A stretch of 64,000 bases of DNA from positions 1 to 64,000 of the IMG/VR virus record IMGVR_UViG_3300028563_000018, one strand, 5' to 3'. The notes under the pieces are model-generated. The model was not told the DNA's origin, searched no databases, and saw only the letters and a program-made list of their open reading frames with translations. The translations under genes and the position numbers were made by a program. Below, one piece after another: positions 38,501 to 47,104 of the stretch. The stretch is from a virus. How positions within the stretch are numbered: the stretch's first letter is position 1; each line of letters opens with the position of its first letter.

Positions 38501-40159
38501 GGCGCCGATGTCACCCATGATCGGAAGAATCACGTCTTCCCAGGCGACAAGCGCAGCGGTAGCCGCAGTCTCGAATGCACCCATCACGGCGGTGCCCGCC
38601 GCAGCGAAGACCGGCTCGAGCGCGAGCAACGCCTCCTGGAAACCGCCTACGAGAATTCCCACAGTGGCGGCGATGAGTTGAATCACACCCCCGAGCACAG
38701 CATCGAGGCCCATGAAAAGTGCCTGAACGCTCCCGCTCAGGATCGACATGATCCCTTCGGAACCAAGGACCTTCGCGAACGTGTCAGCGAGTAGACCAAG
38801 AGCCTTGATGGGCAGCAAAAGCGCCTTGCCGACGCCACCCAACACGACGATGAGACCGCCGACGATGCGAACGACTGGCCCAAGTACCGCAAGCAGTCCC
38901 AGCCAGTAGAGAATTTGCTTCTGCGTCTGGGGGCTCAGGTTGGTGAATGACTTCACGAGTTGAGTCACCATCTGGGCGAGCTCGAACAGCGCCGGCAACG
39001 CCGGGATGATGGCGTCAGCCAGGGCGTTCTCAAGCGACGTCTTGATGATCTGGAAGCGCTGCGGGTTCGACGACAGGATCGTGTTCAAGTCCTGCGTCAT
39101 GCGCTTGAGTGCGTCGGTCTGGTTGCCCGTCTCGTGGAGCACCTTGTTGTAGTTGGAGAGCGGGTCGACGATGGCGCGTAGGAGGGTGTCCAGACCGTTG
39201 ACCTGAATCTTGCTGGCAGCCGTTGTGCCAATCAAAGCCTGCTGGGCCGGATTCAGCTTGTTGAACTTCTGGGCGAGAAGTTCCAGCCGTTGGGCACCGT
39301 TCAAACTTTGGTAGCTGGCGTCCAGCACGTTGATGCCGAACTCCTTCATCAAGTCGGAAGTCGCCTTCGTTGGAGTGAAGAGCTTCTCCAGGATTCTCGA
39401 AAGAACGGTTCCGGCGTTCTGTGCGGATCCTGACGCCGGCACGAGCGCAGCCACCATGGCGCCGTAGTGCTGGAGGTCGACTCCGACCGTGCGCGCCGTT
39501 CCTGCGCCCTTGGTCATCGAGTCGAACAGATCGGCGAGCGAGACCTGCGTCGTATCCGAGATCAAGTTGAGTTCGGCGATGGCCTTGTGCAGTCCGTCGG
39601 CGGTGAGCCCCCACTGCTGACGGAGCGCGATCACGGCCGACGCGGCATCGGATGCGCTCTGCCCTGACAGCAACATTGCCTGCGCAGTGAGGTCGGTCAG
39701 CTTGAGTAGTGCTGAGCCCTGAGCGCCCGCCTTGGCCCACGCTGTGCCGATGTTGATGATGTCGGACTGCTGGATACCGTAGAGCGAGGACAGGGCTTCA
39801 AAACCCTGTCGAAGAAGCGTGATGTCTTTGATCGGCCCTTGGTACACGCGCTGCAACTGCGCGCCCGCCGTCTCGTTCTGGAGAGCGAAATGGGTCGCGG
39901 CTGCACCCGCGATAACTATCGGGAGGGTGAACGTGTTGGTCAGTTGTCGACCGGCCGTCTGGAGTCGCTGACCGAACTTTTCGACGGTGCTGATCGCAGA
40001 CGAGACCTTGGCGATTGCCTGGTCGATCGCAGAGGTGTTCGTGATCGATCCGCTGCCGAGCCCACGACCAATAGAACTGAGGCGCTTGTTGATTGCTGCA
40101 ACTTGCGCGTCGAGGTTCTGGGCTCGTACCACCACCTGGATGTTGAGAACCGAGTCCAT
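35570..40159 (-). CDS. tape measure protein
   Basis: 1529 aa, Ala/Gly-rich helical repeats with W/F periodicity; follows the tail chaperones. Confidence 0.92.
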   Translation of the reverse strand: MDSVLNIQVVVRAQNLDAQVAAINKRLSSIGRGLGSGSITNTSAIDQAIAKVSSAISTVEKFGQRLQTAGRQLTNTFTLPIVIAGAAATHFALQNETAGAQLQRVYQGPIKDITLLRQGFEALSSLYGIQQSDIINIGTAWAKAGAQGSALLKLTDLTAQAMLLSGQSASDAASAVIALRQQWGLTADGLHKAIAELNLISDTTQVSLADLFDSMTKGAGTARTVGVDLQHYGAMVAALVPASGSAQNAGTVLSRILEKLFTPTKATSDLMKEFGINVLDASYQSLNGAQRLELLAQKFNKLNPAQQALIGTTAASKIQVNGLDTLLRAIVDPLSNYNKVLHETGNQTDALKRMTQDLNTILSSNPQRFQIIKTSLENALADAIIPALPALFELAQMVTQLVKSFTNLSPQTQKQILYWLGLLAVLGPVVRIVGGLIVVLGGVGKALLLPIKALGLLADTFAKVLGSEGIMSILSGSVQALFMGLDAVLGGVIQLIAATVGILVGGFQEALLALEPVFAAAGTAVMGAFETAATAALVAWEDVILPIMGDIGAAAALAFETAFTVAQKVFSAIALPLLVLWEDTIVPAMATIGTAAGVAFITAFEATKETLAALAVAMLIIWDGVIVPAMAPIGAAAAAVFEAAFAGIGITLPAIGAFAAEAFAAALAAGPEIAIGALAAGVIALLAVFSSQINDGIQSVVSALGKLPGYVGNALLGVLRVVVQFGQAIWQALQDYLNPFQRHSPSLVDLVVAGVDVISAKYKSLGNLGTAFRAAVSDIKAFNGAMTDVIAGQRALENAQAIKAIGSQGGSAAGNAAARGLGIEGTLYTDLDRVTAAYGRQEIVVDKLNAKLTASQKILDVEQTKLTNLQAVADGFSSKLNDAQTALDKWSNTPLPGQTKMSNAIFNNGIAIDKLQLKLDKLQDAKGNLDDIHGQLELLTGQRNALRLQGAGSDVLAPFNDQINAITGSGSGLSDAVDQMTKLEQEITNLQKKGDELNLQQSIEFDPLTRQINQAATAMKAMPFDRIIAGVEFEKRKVDALTTSYRFANDRVKDQEVVVKNAQVAHDKLNATYETQNDKLSALGDTYDTIQSMIQAIDQTFKNAASSAGDFNSALADAAGAGNIKVPGLPTSVPSDPEDLQKLVDSYQNGVKKAFGRVKFGDIFTKPFKDSWNEFAGPGGWWQQHVQTKLDILNIHMPSPSFDEFKQNWHSFQDWWDKTAFPWIKSLPGAMVDGFKSLGRNLWEGLIGVGEAIIHPFVWAYDKLLGHSIIPDIVNGIETWFKKLPSKIVHALGNIGRDLFNWGEGLMVQMFGGIGQVWNQYIQPFFARTWDRISGAVAGTGGRFLTWGSNLMNDAWNGIQSVWNNFVSPFFSGLKNTILGALGDTSTWLLDTGKSLFGGLLTGMQNAAKNIPGVGVIEGLPIVGPIVKSVLGFHLAEGGIAQPVPGGIHARIAEAGRPELVAPLPSGFSMSRLVGTMDRMEKFIDKGGNTLVTSGSSKTENHFHGDLVFPNVKNGDDAEAFIRNLESMS

Positions 40160-40434
40160 CTACCGACCGCCGCGCTGTTTGTACGCCTGCTTCTCTGCTT
40201 CGATTGCTTGCTTGTTGCGCTCGTAAATGGCTCGGCGGCTGAATATGAGGGTGATGTCCTCGAGAAATTGAGGGTGCTGGTCGTACAGCCCTCCGGTATT
40301 CGGCAGGTGCGCCCAGCTCATCGCTTCACACAGGGCGAACAGCCGAATGGACTCCGGAAGCCAGGGAAGTGGTTGCGGATCCGCCTTGGAGTCGCCCGCT
40401 TCGATCCAGCTATCGACTAGCTCGAGGAACGCGC
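40160..40434 (-). CDS. tail assembly chaperone, frameshifted (G-T) extension
   Basis: -1 frame after GGGAAAA reads SAFLELVDSW...'HLPNTGGLYDQHP'. Confidence 0.8.
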
Positions 40435-40971
40435 TTTTCCCTCCTCCTCCTCGACCTTCTTGGCTCGGAGTTCGTTCAGGTTCTCGATCTCTTGGTCGAT
40501 CCCCTCGACGGTGACCTCGGAGAGCAACCAGGGGTTGTGCTTGCGGATGTCCTTCTCGACGATGTCGAGTTCCTTCGGTGGGAACTTCTCCAGAATGAGG
40601 TTCAAGTTCTGCGGCGTGAAGGGGAATGCCGCGCCATCCTTGAGAAGGTTCCAACCGACGATCGCGAGCTTGAGCAACTCGGTACGGTCGTCGCCGGGCG
40701 CCAGCTTCATGCGAGCGTCTTCGGTCTTGCGGTTGATGACGAGGTCGCGGTTGACCGCGTTCATGTACTTGCGCTTCTCACCCTCCATGAGGGTGCGGTG
40801 CGTGATCGTCGAAACCCCATCCGAAAGCGTGACGGTGTTCTCGTCGGCAGCACCGAAGAAGTCGACCTGGATGTGATCCTCTGCGCGACCGTGGCCTGGC
40901 GTCGGCATCGCATCCAGCACGGCCTGACGCTTCGCCTTGAGCTCGTCGTCCAGTTCCTTTACGTCGGTCAT
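40417..40971 (-). CDS. tail assembly chaperone
   Basis: Between tail tube and tape measure; RBS AGGAGG; slippery site. Confidence 0.85.
   Translation of the reverse strand: MTDVKELDDELKAKRQAVLDAMPTPGHGRAEDHIQVDFFGAADENTVTLSDGVSTITHRTLMEGEKRKYMNAVNRDLVINRKTEDARMKLAPGDDRTELLKLAIVGWNLLKDGAAFPFTPQNLNLILEKFPPKELDIVEKDIRKHNPWLLSEVTVEGIDQEIENLNELRAKKVEEEEGKARSSS
40435..40441 (-). other. programmed -1 ribosomal frameshift slippery site G GGA AAA
   Basis: TTTTCCC on + strand, in frame at ...EEEGK near the chaperone 3' end. Confidence 0.85.
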
Positions 40972-41015
40972 GATGAGCCTCCTGTGCTCTGTTGGGACCT
41001 TGTTGACTTGCGGGA

Positions 41016-42035
41016 TTACGCGACAGCGGCGAGGTCGTTGTAGAGGGTCGCGGTGAGGATCGGCGTCGCTGCGACCGGGCGCACGGCCTGGATCTCGATG
41101 TCGAACTCGATGACGTCGTCACCGCTGGGCTGCAAACCGAACGGCTTGATGACGGCCGACCCAATGTCGAACGAGCACGAATACAACGTCGCCGCGGTAC
41201 CCGTGATGAACTCGTAGGTCTGGACCGTGATGACGACGTGCTCGTGTGTGACGAGCCCGCCAGCGGCAGTGGCGGAAGACGTGCCGAACACGGCCTCCCG
41301 GTAGAACGCCGCCGACGCGGGACGCACCTTGGCGCCACAGGTGACCAGGCGCCGCTTCTCGGTAGTGTCCCCGAGGAACAGTGAGCCGATTCGGAAGTCG
41401 TTATCCTCGAGCTGGTTGTTGATGTCGAAGCTGAACGTCTTCGCCGGAAGCGCAACACCGCCGAGGGTGATCGTGCAGTTCGACGCCACCACTGCGGGCG
41501 TGTTGTCGAAGCTCGGGCTCGCCGTCGCCGACGCGGTGGGAACTGCGATCTGCGAGAGAGCGACGAGGTCGCAGGTGCCCATGAGCAAGCCAGTGGCGTC
41601 GGCCTCCAGGTGAAGCGCGTTCACCTTGGCGTCGGTGTACCGGAAGTGGTCGAAGTTATTGCCGATGTTCTCTTCGACGGAGAGCCAAGGAAGGTTGCTC
41701 ACGTCGACCGGAGTCATGACGTGCTTCATGGCGCCGGACTCGGGGTTGTTGTTGGTGTCAGTGTTCGTCCCGAGTGCTCCGTAGAGCAGCGTCGCGAACG
41801 AATCCATGCGGGGGTAGAAGGCGTACTGCCCCTTGAATGCGATCGGGCCGAGGTACGCGTCCACCACGTCGCGACCGCCACCGATTTCGGCGTCGGGGAT
41901 GATCAGGTCGCGCGTGCCTGCAAGCGCACCACTGCGCGTCTTCATGAACACGCCACCGCTGCCGGGGCTGCGGTAGGTGCCCTTGGACACCTGGGTGCGG
42001 AAACCAACGCTGCCCGACTGAGCGGTGAACCCCAT
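41016..42035 (-). CDS. major tail (tube) protein
   Basis: ~339 aa, beta-rich, starts MGFTAQSG; synteny. Confidence 0.8.
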   Translation of the reverse strand: MGFTAQSGSVGFRTQVSKGTYRSPGSGGVFMKTRSGALAGTRDLIIPDAEIGGGRDVVDAYLGPIAFKGQYAFYPRMDSFATLLYGALGTNTDTNNNPESGAMKHVMTPVDVSNLPWLSVEENIGNNFDHFRYTDAKVNALHLEADATGLLMGTCDLVALSQIAVPTASATASPSFDNTPAVVASNCTITLGGVALPAKTFSFDINNQLEDNDFRIGSLFLGDTTEKRRLVTCGAKVRPASAAFYREAVFGTSSATAAGGLVTHEHVVITVQTYEFITGTAATLYSCSFDIGSAVIKPFGLQPSGDDVIEFDIEIQAVRPVAATPILTATLYNDLAAVA

Positions 42036-42091
42036 GATCTGCCTCGCTGTGGGTTTGTGCGGCCCGTTCGCTTTGCCGGCAGTGGGCCTGC
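42036..42091 (-). promoter_or_regulatory. leader element C
   Basis: GGCCC/GGGCC stem around ACTGCCGGCAAAGCGAAC, then AACCCACAGCGAGGCAGATC-ATG. Confidence 0.8.
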
Positions 42092-42102
42092 GGTTTAACT
42101 TC

Positions 42103-42591
42103 TTATGATGAGATTTCTGTCTCGAACCAACACTGCGTGACACTTGCAAAGACGAACGCACCATTGATGCGATTGTCTTGGTATCGCTGGCCTTGAACTC
42201 CCCAGCGAAGGACTCGCTCAGTCACTCCGAGAATCGTCTCATTCAGACCGCCCAAAGCTAGTTTCAATGCGGAGTCCCTGTATAGGGTCGCCCGCAATGA
42301 CTTTACGAATTTGCTCGAAATAGCAGCACCTTCGTCGCGCTTTGCGTGCTTCATCAAAGTCTGGATATAGACGTAGTACCTGCCGCGCGGCTCACCCGCG
42401 CCGATCTCCCAGTCGAGAGGCACCCAGTTGTCGGTGAACACGCCAATGGCGCCGTTCGCGGAAGTATCTGCGAGCGCGTTCTTCTCGATCGTTTTCACAT
42501 CAGCGAGAGTCCAGAGCCCTGTGGGCGTCGGAGTCTTCACACCGACGAGGGTGTCGACGATGTTGGCCGGAAAGGCAGCGTCAGAGGGCAT
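42103..42591 (-). CDS. tail terminator-like protein
   Basis: Size and position just upstream of the tail tube. Confidence 0.55.
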   Translation of the reverse strand: MPSDAAFPANIVDTLVGVKTPTPTGLWTLADVKTIEKNALADTSANGAIGVFTDNWVPLDWEIGAGEPRGRYYVYIQTLMKHAKRDEGAAISSKFVKSLRATLYRDSALKLALGGLNETILGVTERVLRWGVQGQRYQDNRINGAFVFASVTQCWFETEISS

Positions 42592-43114
42592 GAGCGTTAC
42601 CTCGCGCCATCTCTGTCGTGAACCACTGCATCAGGTCTTCCAGGATGAGGGCTGCGTCGGTCTCGTCGACTGCGACAACGGGGCGCGGAACGGTCGCTCC
42701 GAAGTTGGCCTGCTTCGGCTTGCCGCGCTGTGCCGTGTTGAGTTTCTCGAATAGTTCTCCGCCGGGACTGGACGGCCACACGAGGATGGCGCCATCGCCA
42801 TCAGACATCGTGACGCCAGTGCTGGATGTCATGAACGACTCCAACTCGCCCGTACGCTTGTTGATCGGGTTCGCGCCGGGAAAGCCCGCGCGATCGCGGA
42901 TGGCGACAGTGCTGAATCGCAGAGGCGCCCACTTGCCTGACGCCTGGTCCCCCTCGGCGTCGAAGCGTGCTTGTGCTCGAGCTTGCAGCGTCTTCGTTGG
43001 GCCGACGCGCAGGAACTCTTGTAGTGTCACGGGTTGGAAGATCGACCGCATACGGTCAAGGACCGCGACGACATCCTCCTTCTCGACCTCGATATTGATC
43101 AGTGCTTCGGCCAT
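42581..43114 (-). CDS. virion morphogenesis/tail completion protein
   Basis: 'RFDAEGD...WAPL...RTGEL...VPRPVV' resembles Mu gpG-like neck proteins. Confidence 0.65.
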   Translation of the reverse strand: MAEALINIEVEKEDVVAVLDRMRSIFQPVTLQEFLRVGPTKTLQARAQARFDAEGDQASGKWAPLRFSTVAIRDRAGFPGANPINKRTGELESFMTSSTGVTMSDGDGAILVWPSSPGGELFEKLNTAQRGKPKQANFGATVPRPVVAVDETDAALILEDLMQWFTTEMARGNAHAL

Positions 43115-43115
43115 A

Positions 43116-44504
43116 TCACGCAGCCGTGGTGACGTTCGTCCAGCCGGTCGTGCCGTTGGTGTTTACATAGAGGCGCGTCGAGGACGACGATCCGTCCAGC
43201 CGGATGTAGACCGAACCCTTCGCCGCAGAGAACGAAGGCACGCCGGTCCCCTGAGAAATGCTTGGCCCAGCGGCACCCCCGAGAGAGATCTTGGCGGTCG
43301 CATCGGGCGTTCCGTAACCCTCACCAATGATGAGGTTGTGCATGACGAAAACGTCGTTGTAGATCCCGAGAGCGCCGGTGGCGTACTCTTGGATCACGGC
43401 GGTGTTCATGTGTAACTCGGCACCCTTGTCCCAGACGGTGTTCGTGCCAGCATTGCTGACCGGAGTCGAGACGGCGACAAAGTTGTTGTTCCGGATAAGT
43501 GTTCCGTCGGCGGTCGAAAGAACCGAGACTCCCGTCGCAGTGCCACCCATCGCAGAGGCATTGAAGGTGTTATTCGAGATGATGTCGTAGTCGCCAGCAG
43601 TCTTTACGCCGACGAAGCAACCTTCGAACCGGCAGCCGATCACCGTTGACTGTGAGTTGCCAGCGTTCTGGTTGTCGACCCCGATGGCCGCGCCCTGGAT
43701 GATCGTCCCAAGCACCTTCAGGGTGTCGCCGATCGTGTTGCGGATCCCTGTCGTGCTCGCCGCGTATGCAGTCGTGTCGTTGAAGTGGGCGTCGATGTAT
43801 CCGCCGATGACCTTCAACCCATTGGTGTCGTTGTTGTCGATGCCGATGAGGCAGTTGGCAGCGAGGAAGTTGCGCACTTCGGGGTACTGCGACAGCGGAT
43901 TGCCAGTGCCAGTACCGTCCGAGCGGAGGCCGTAGCCGGCATTGAAGTCGACCGCTGCGCAGTCCTCGACAATCCAGCCATTCGCACGCTTGATGAGGAT
44001 GGCGCCGGTGGCAGTCCCAGCCGTGTCGTGGAAACAGAGACCTCGAAGGACGGGTCCCTGGAAGATCGTTGACGCAGCGGCCGAGTTGAAGGTGAAACCG
44101 ACAACACTCGCTGGCACCTGAATCACGACAGCACCGAGCCCGACCGCAGCCCAGCCGCCGTTACCGGCGTCTTCGCCGATCAGGGCGATGTTCGGCGTCG
44201 AACTGGTGAGCCCCGACGTGATCTTGTAACCACCGACAGGGAAGACAACCGTGCCGCCCACACTGGGACATGCGTTGAGGGCGTTCTGGATCGCGGTGGT
44301 GTCGTTGGTGTTGCCATCACCCTTAGCACCAAACGCCATCACATTGAGGCGAATCCCGAGCTGACGAGGGTTCGCCTTGAGGTCGGTTCCAGTTGTCGCC
44401 ATCGAAGTGTTCGACACATCGACCATAGGAATGAGGTCGTTCGTCGGGTCGATGCCCTGAGCAACGGCGCTGAGTCCACTCGTTCGGATCGGTATTGCCG
44501 TCAT
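43116..44504 (-). CDS. pectate-lyase-like beta-helix spike (putative depolymerase)
   Basis: 'NVMAFGAKGDGNTNDTTAIQNAL...VVFPVGGYKIT' followed by parallel beta-helix repeats. Confidence 0.8.
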   Translation of the reverse strand: MTAIPIRTSGLSAVAQGIDPTNDLIPMVDVSNTSMATTGTDLKANPRQLGIRLNVMAFGAKGDGNTNDTTAIQNALNACPSVGGTVVFPVGGYKITSGLTSSTPNIALIGEDAGNGGWAAVGLGAVVIQVPASVVGFTFNSAAASTIFQGPVLRGLCFHDTAGTATGAILIKRANGWIVEDCAAVDFNAGYGLRSDGTGTGNPLSQYPEVRNFLAANCLIGIDNNDTNGLKVIGGYIDAHFNDTTAYAASTTGIRNTIGDTLKVLGTIIQGAAIGVDNQNAGNSQSTVIGCRFEGCFVGVKTAGDYDIISNNTFNASAMGGTATGVSVLSTADGTLIRNNNFVAVSTPVSNAGTNTVWDKGAELHMNTAVIQEYATGALGIYNDVFVMHNLIIGEGYGTPDATAKISLGGAAGPSISQGTGVPSFSAAKGSVYIRLDGSSSSTRLYVNTNGTTGWTNVTTAA

Positions 44505-45349
44505 AATGTGCTCTCTGTCTCGAGTGGCGGCACAGAAACGGGAGCACCAGGACGCCACACCGTTTTGCTGATCCGCGGCGGGAACTGCGGGCGCATGAAT
44601 GCCTGCTCAAAAGCGTCCACTGCGCTGTAGGTGTCGTGGTTGGTGATGCTCGGCGCGTTCGCTTGGAAGCTCGTCGGCTCGATCGTCAGGCCGGGGAGCG
44701 CGGTGCCACCGTTCAGGATGGAGTTGAGGTCGGTGATGGCTCCGTCGATGAGCTTCTGGCCGTAGTCGTGCACCGAGTTGTCCTCGTGCGCGATGGCGAG
44801 GCTCTGAATCAGACGACCGGTGGCGAGCTTGCTATTGATCGTCTTGAGCTTGAGCGTCACCCAAGCGGGAGCCGAGTCGAGGGCGAGTGGCAACACGTAC
44901 CGCTGACCCAGCATTCCGTTCATCTCGTCAGCAGTGCCGTTGATGTAGTCGTAGTGGTTGATGTCGGGCGAGAGCGTCATGTCTCCAAGGAGAAGGTCAC
45001 TGATTTCGCAGTAGCCGAAGTTCGGCGCGTTGACCCGGAAGATCAACTCGCCGTATTGCTCGTTGTTGTGGTCGTCCGTGAACTTCAGGACGTACGAGCC
45101 AGGCTCTAAGCCGTCGAGCTCGTCGCCCGGAGTCGTCGACCAACTCACCACGAGATTCGGCGACTGCACAACGCTGTCGACGAGCGGCGGGATCGTAAAG
45201 CCCGTCGTCTTTGTGAACAGGACCGGACCGCCAAAGGCGAAGCAGTCGAGTTGAATCACGTGCCCGGTCAGGTCAAGCAGGTACCCAGAGTTGTCCCATT
45301 GGACCTCAAGATCAAAGTACTTGCCTTTACTGTAAACGGCGCGATTCAT
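44501..45349 (-). CDS. head-to-tail adaptor with an extra N-terminal domain
   Basis: C-terminal 'YCEISDL...MNGMLGQRYVLPL' resembles gp36/gp6-type adaptors. Confidence 0.55.
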   Translation of the reverse strand: MNRAVYSKGKYFDLEVQWDNSGYLLDLTGHVIQLDCFAFGGPVLFTKTTGFTIPPLVDSVVQSPNLVVSWSTTPGDELDGLEPGSYVLKFTDDHNNEQYGELIFRVNAPNFGYCEISDLLLGDMTLSPDINHYDYINGTADEMNGMLGQRYVLPLALDSAPAWVTLKLKTINSKLATGRLIQSLAIAHEDNSVHDYGQKLIDGAITDLNSILNGGTALPGLTIEPTSFQANAPSITNHDTYSAVDAFEQAFMRPQFPPRISKTVWRPGAPVSVPPLETESTL

Positions 45350-45357
45350 GGTCGTCT

Positions 45358-47103
45358 TTAGATCGGCGTGGACGGCACGAAGGTCGGACCACGTAAGCGT
45401 ATATGCGTCTTTTCCTGAACGACCATCGATACGGGTAGCTCTTTACGAACGTATTCAATCTTTGTTGCCCCGACACGAACAAGGCACGCCACTCCAAACG
45501 CATTGAGATAGGCAGTGGACTTCAAAGTCACATCACCTACGGTCAGCGAAGCTGACGCGCCTGTTGCGCTGATGACGCGCTTTCCCACGAAGGGCACTCC
45601 TACGTGTGCCGAGAATGGATTACCCGGAACATGAAGTGTGTAGTGAAGCGTGAACCCAGGAGACCCAACACCAACCGTGCATGAGACCCCCGTCGTATCG
45701 ATGATGCGCGTTCCCATACGAAGGAAAGACGCCCCCACCAACACGCCACAGGCGATTCCTGTGACCGAACGAGATACCGGACCGGGGTGAAGCGCGAGAA
45801 AACCAGCGGCAGCGACACACGTCACGCCAGTTGGCAACAGATGATTCGTCGAAGTCGCCGAGACGGTGCCGAAAATCGCAGACCCCGCGACGCCACCGGT
45901 CGTGATGTGCGCTGTCGACTTGACGCCAGGAGCGCCAATAGAACACGTCACAGCCTTGCCGGTGGGAAGAATGCGAGTGATCTTCTTGGCAACGGAGGAT
46001 CCAACCGTAACCGTGCAACTCACGCCAGACAACGAAAGTGTCTGCGTCGGCGGGATGAGGAAGGTCGCAAGCGCAGAGGCGATCGTGGCGTGACCCGTCG
46101 AATTGGCATGAACGGTGTCGCTCATCGAGATCGTCCCGATGGTCCGTAGATCAAGGAACGCGACGTTGCTCGGATCCGCAGCGGCGATTGCGGCCAGAGC
46201 GGTGTTGTAGGGACCGATGTCGGGATGACCCGAGGCTGACGAGATGTCGTAGGGACCAAGCAACAGGAACGATGGATTTTGAGAACACATCGACTTCACA
46301 TTTGCGATGATCTGCGTGATGTTCGCCTGATACGTCGCCGTCGACACGCCGAGTACGCAGTCGTTGATCCCGAGAAAAATGATGCAGAGCGCCGGGTTCA
46401 CGCAGAGGGTCGCCGAGAGCGGATCTGTCAGTCCAGCGACGCTGAACATATCGGCCACACCACCCGACACCTGACCAACGCGGCCATGATTGAAGACCCG
46501 AATACCTTTGCCCTCATCGCTGTCGAAAATTTGGGCACCACAGATGAAAGGAGTCTTACCGGAGGACGGGGTGACAACGGAGGTGTGGGTCCCATGCGAG
46601 TAGAGAGCGGAGGTATAGCTACCTTGATAGTCGAGACCTCCTGTCGAGGCGGGAGTGATCGTGTCAGCGGATCCCCCGTCAGTGACTACCGACAATGTGC
46701 CGAGTCCACTGATCCCGCGTTGGTGTTGGAATTTGATCGAAGTGCCAGTCCAGTGCAGTGTGACCGTTTCGTTCGCAGCGATAGTCTCAATCTCGCCATT
46801 AAAGTTTCGTGAGTCGGTAGTGCCGCTATCGCCGCTCGACCAGGTCCAATACGCCGATCCAGCAGGACTGTTGTTGCTTAACTCGGAGCCGTTGACATAC
46901 CCGAGGCCACCCACACCGGCCTGATAGTGGGCCTGAAGGTTGCGCGCCAGCTTGGCCGAGTATCGAGAGTCGACGATCGGAAACGCCGCTCCAGGATTGT
47001 TCGATCCAAACCCCTGCGAGACGCTGTCCCCGAAGACAATGATGTTGCAAGGCGAAGTGCCAGCGGCACTAAGCGCCGATCGAACTCGGTCCAGTGCGGC
47101 CAT
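45358..47103 (-). CDS. SGNH/GDSL esterase fused to Cys-containing repeat stalk
   Basis: 'FGDSVSQG', 'LGINDC', 'DTVHANSTGH' catalytic blocks; C-terminal TG-x-x-C repeats. Confidence 0.8.
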   Translation of the reverse strand: MAALDRVRSALSAAGTSPCNIIVFGDSVSQGFGSNNPGAAFPIVDSRYSAKLARNLQAHYQAGVGGLGYVNGSELSNNSPAGSAYWTWSSGDSGTTDSRNFNGEIETIAANETVTLHWTGTSIKFQHQRGISGLGTLSVVTDGGSADTITPASTGGLDYQGSYTSALYSHGTHTSVVTPSSGKTPFICGAQIFDSDEGKGIRVFNHGRVGQVSGGVADMFSVAGLTDPLSATLCVNPALCIIFLGINDCVLGVSTATYQANITQIIANVKSMCSQNPSFLLLGPYDISSASGHPDIGPYNTALAAIAAADPSNVAFLDLRTIGTISMSDTVHANSTGHATIASALATFLIPPTQTLSLSGVSCTVTVGSSVAKKITRILPTGKAVTCSIGAPGVKSTAHITTGGVAGSAIFGTVSATSTNHLLPTGVTCVAAAGFLALHPGPVSRSVTGIACGVLVGASFLRMGTRIIDTTGVSCTVGVGSPGFTLHYTLHVPGNPFSAHVGVPFVGKRVISATGASASLTVGDVTLKSTAYLNAFGVACLVRVGATKIEYVRKELPVSMVVQEKTHIRLRGPTFVPSTPI

Positions 47104-47104
47104 C

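Noticed and set aside
40417-40971. Tail chaperone frameshift as a novelty
   Set aside because: Well-established feature of long-tailed phages; listed as a feature only
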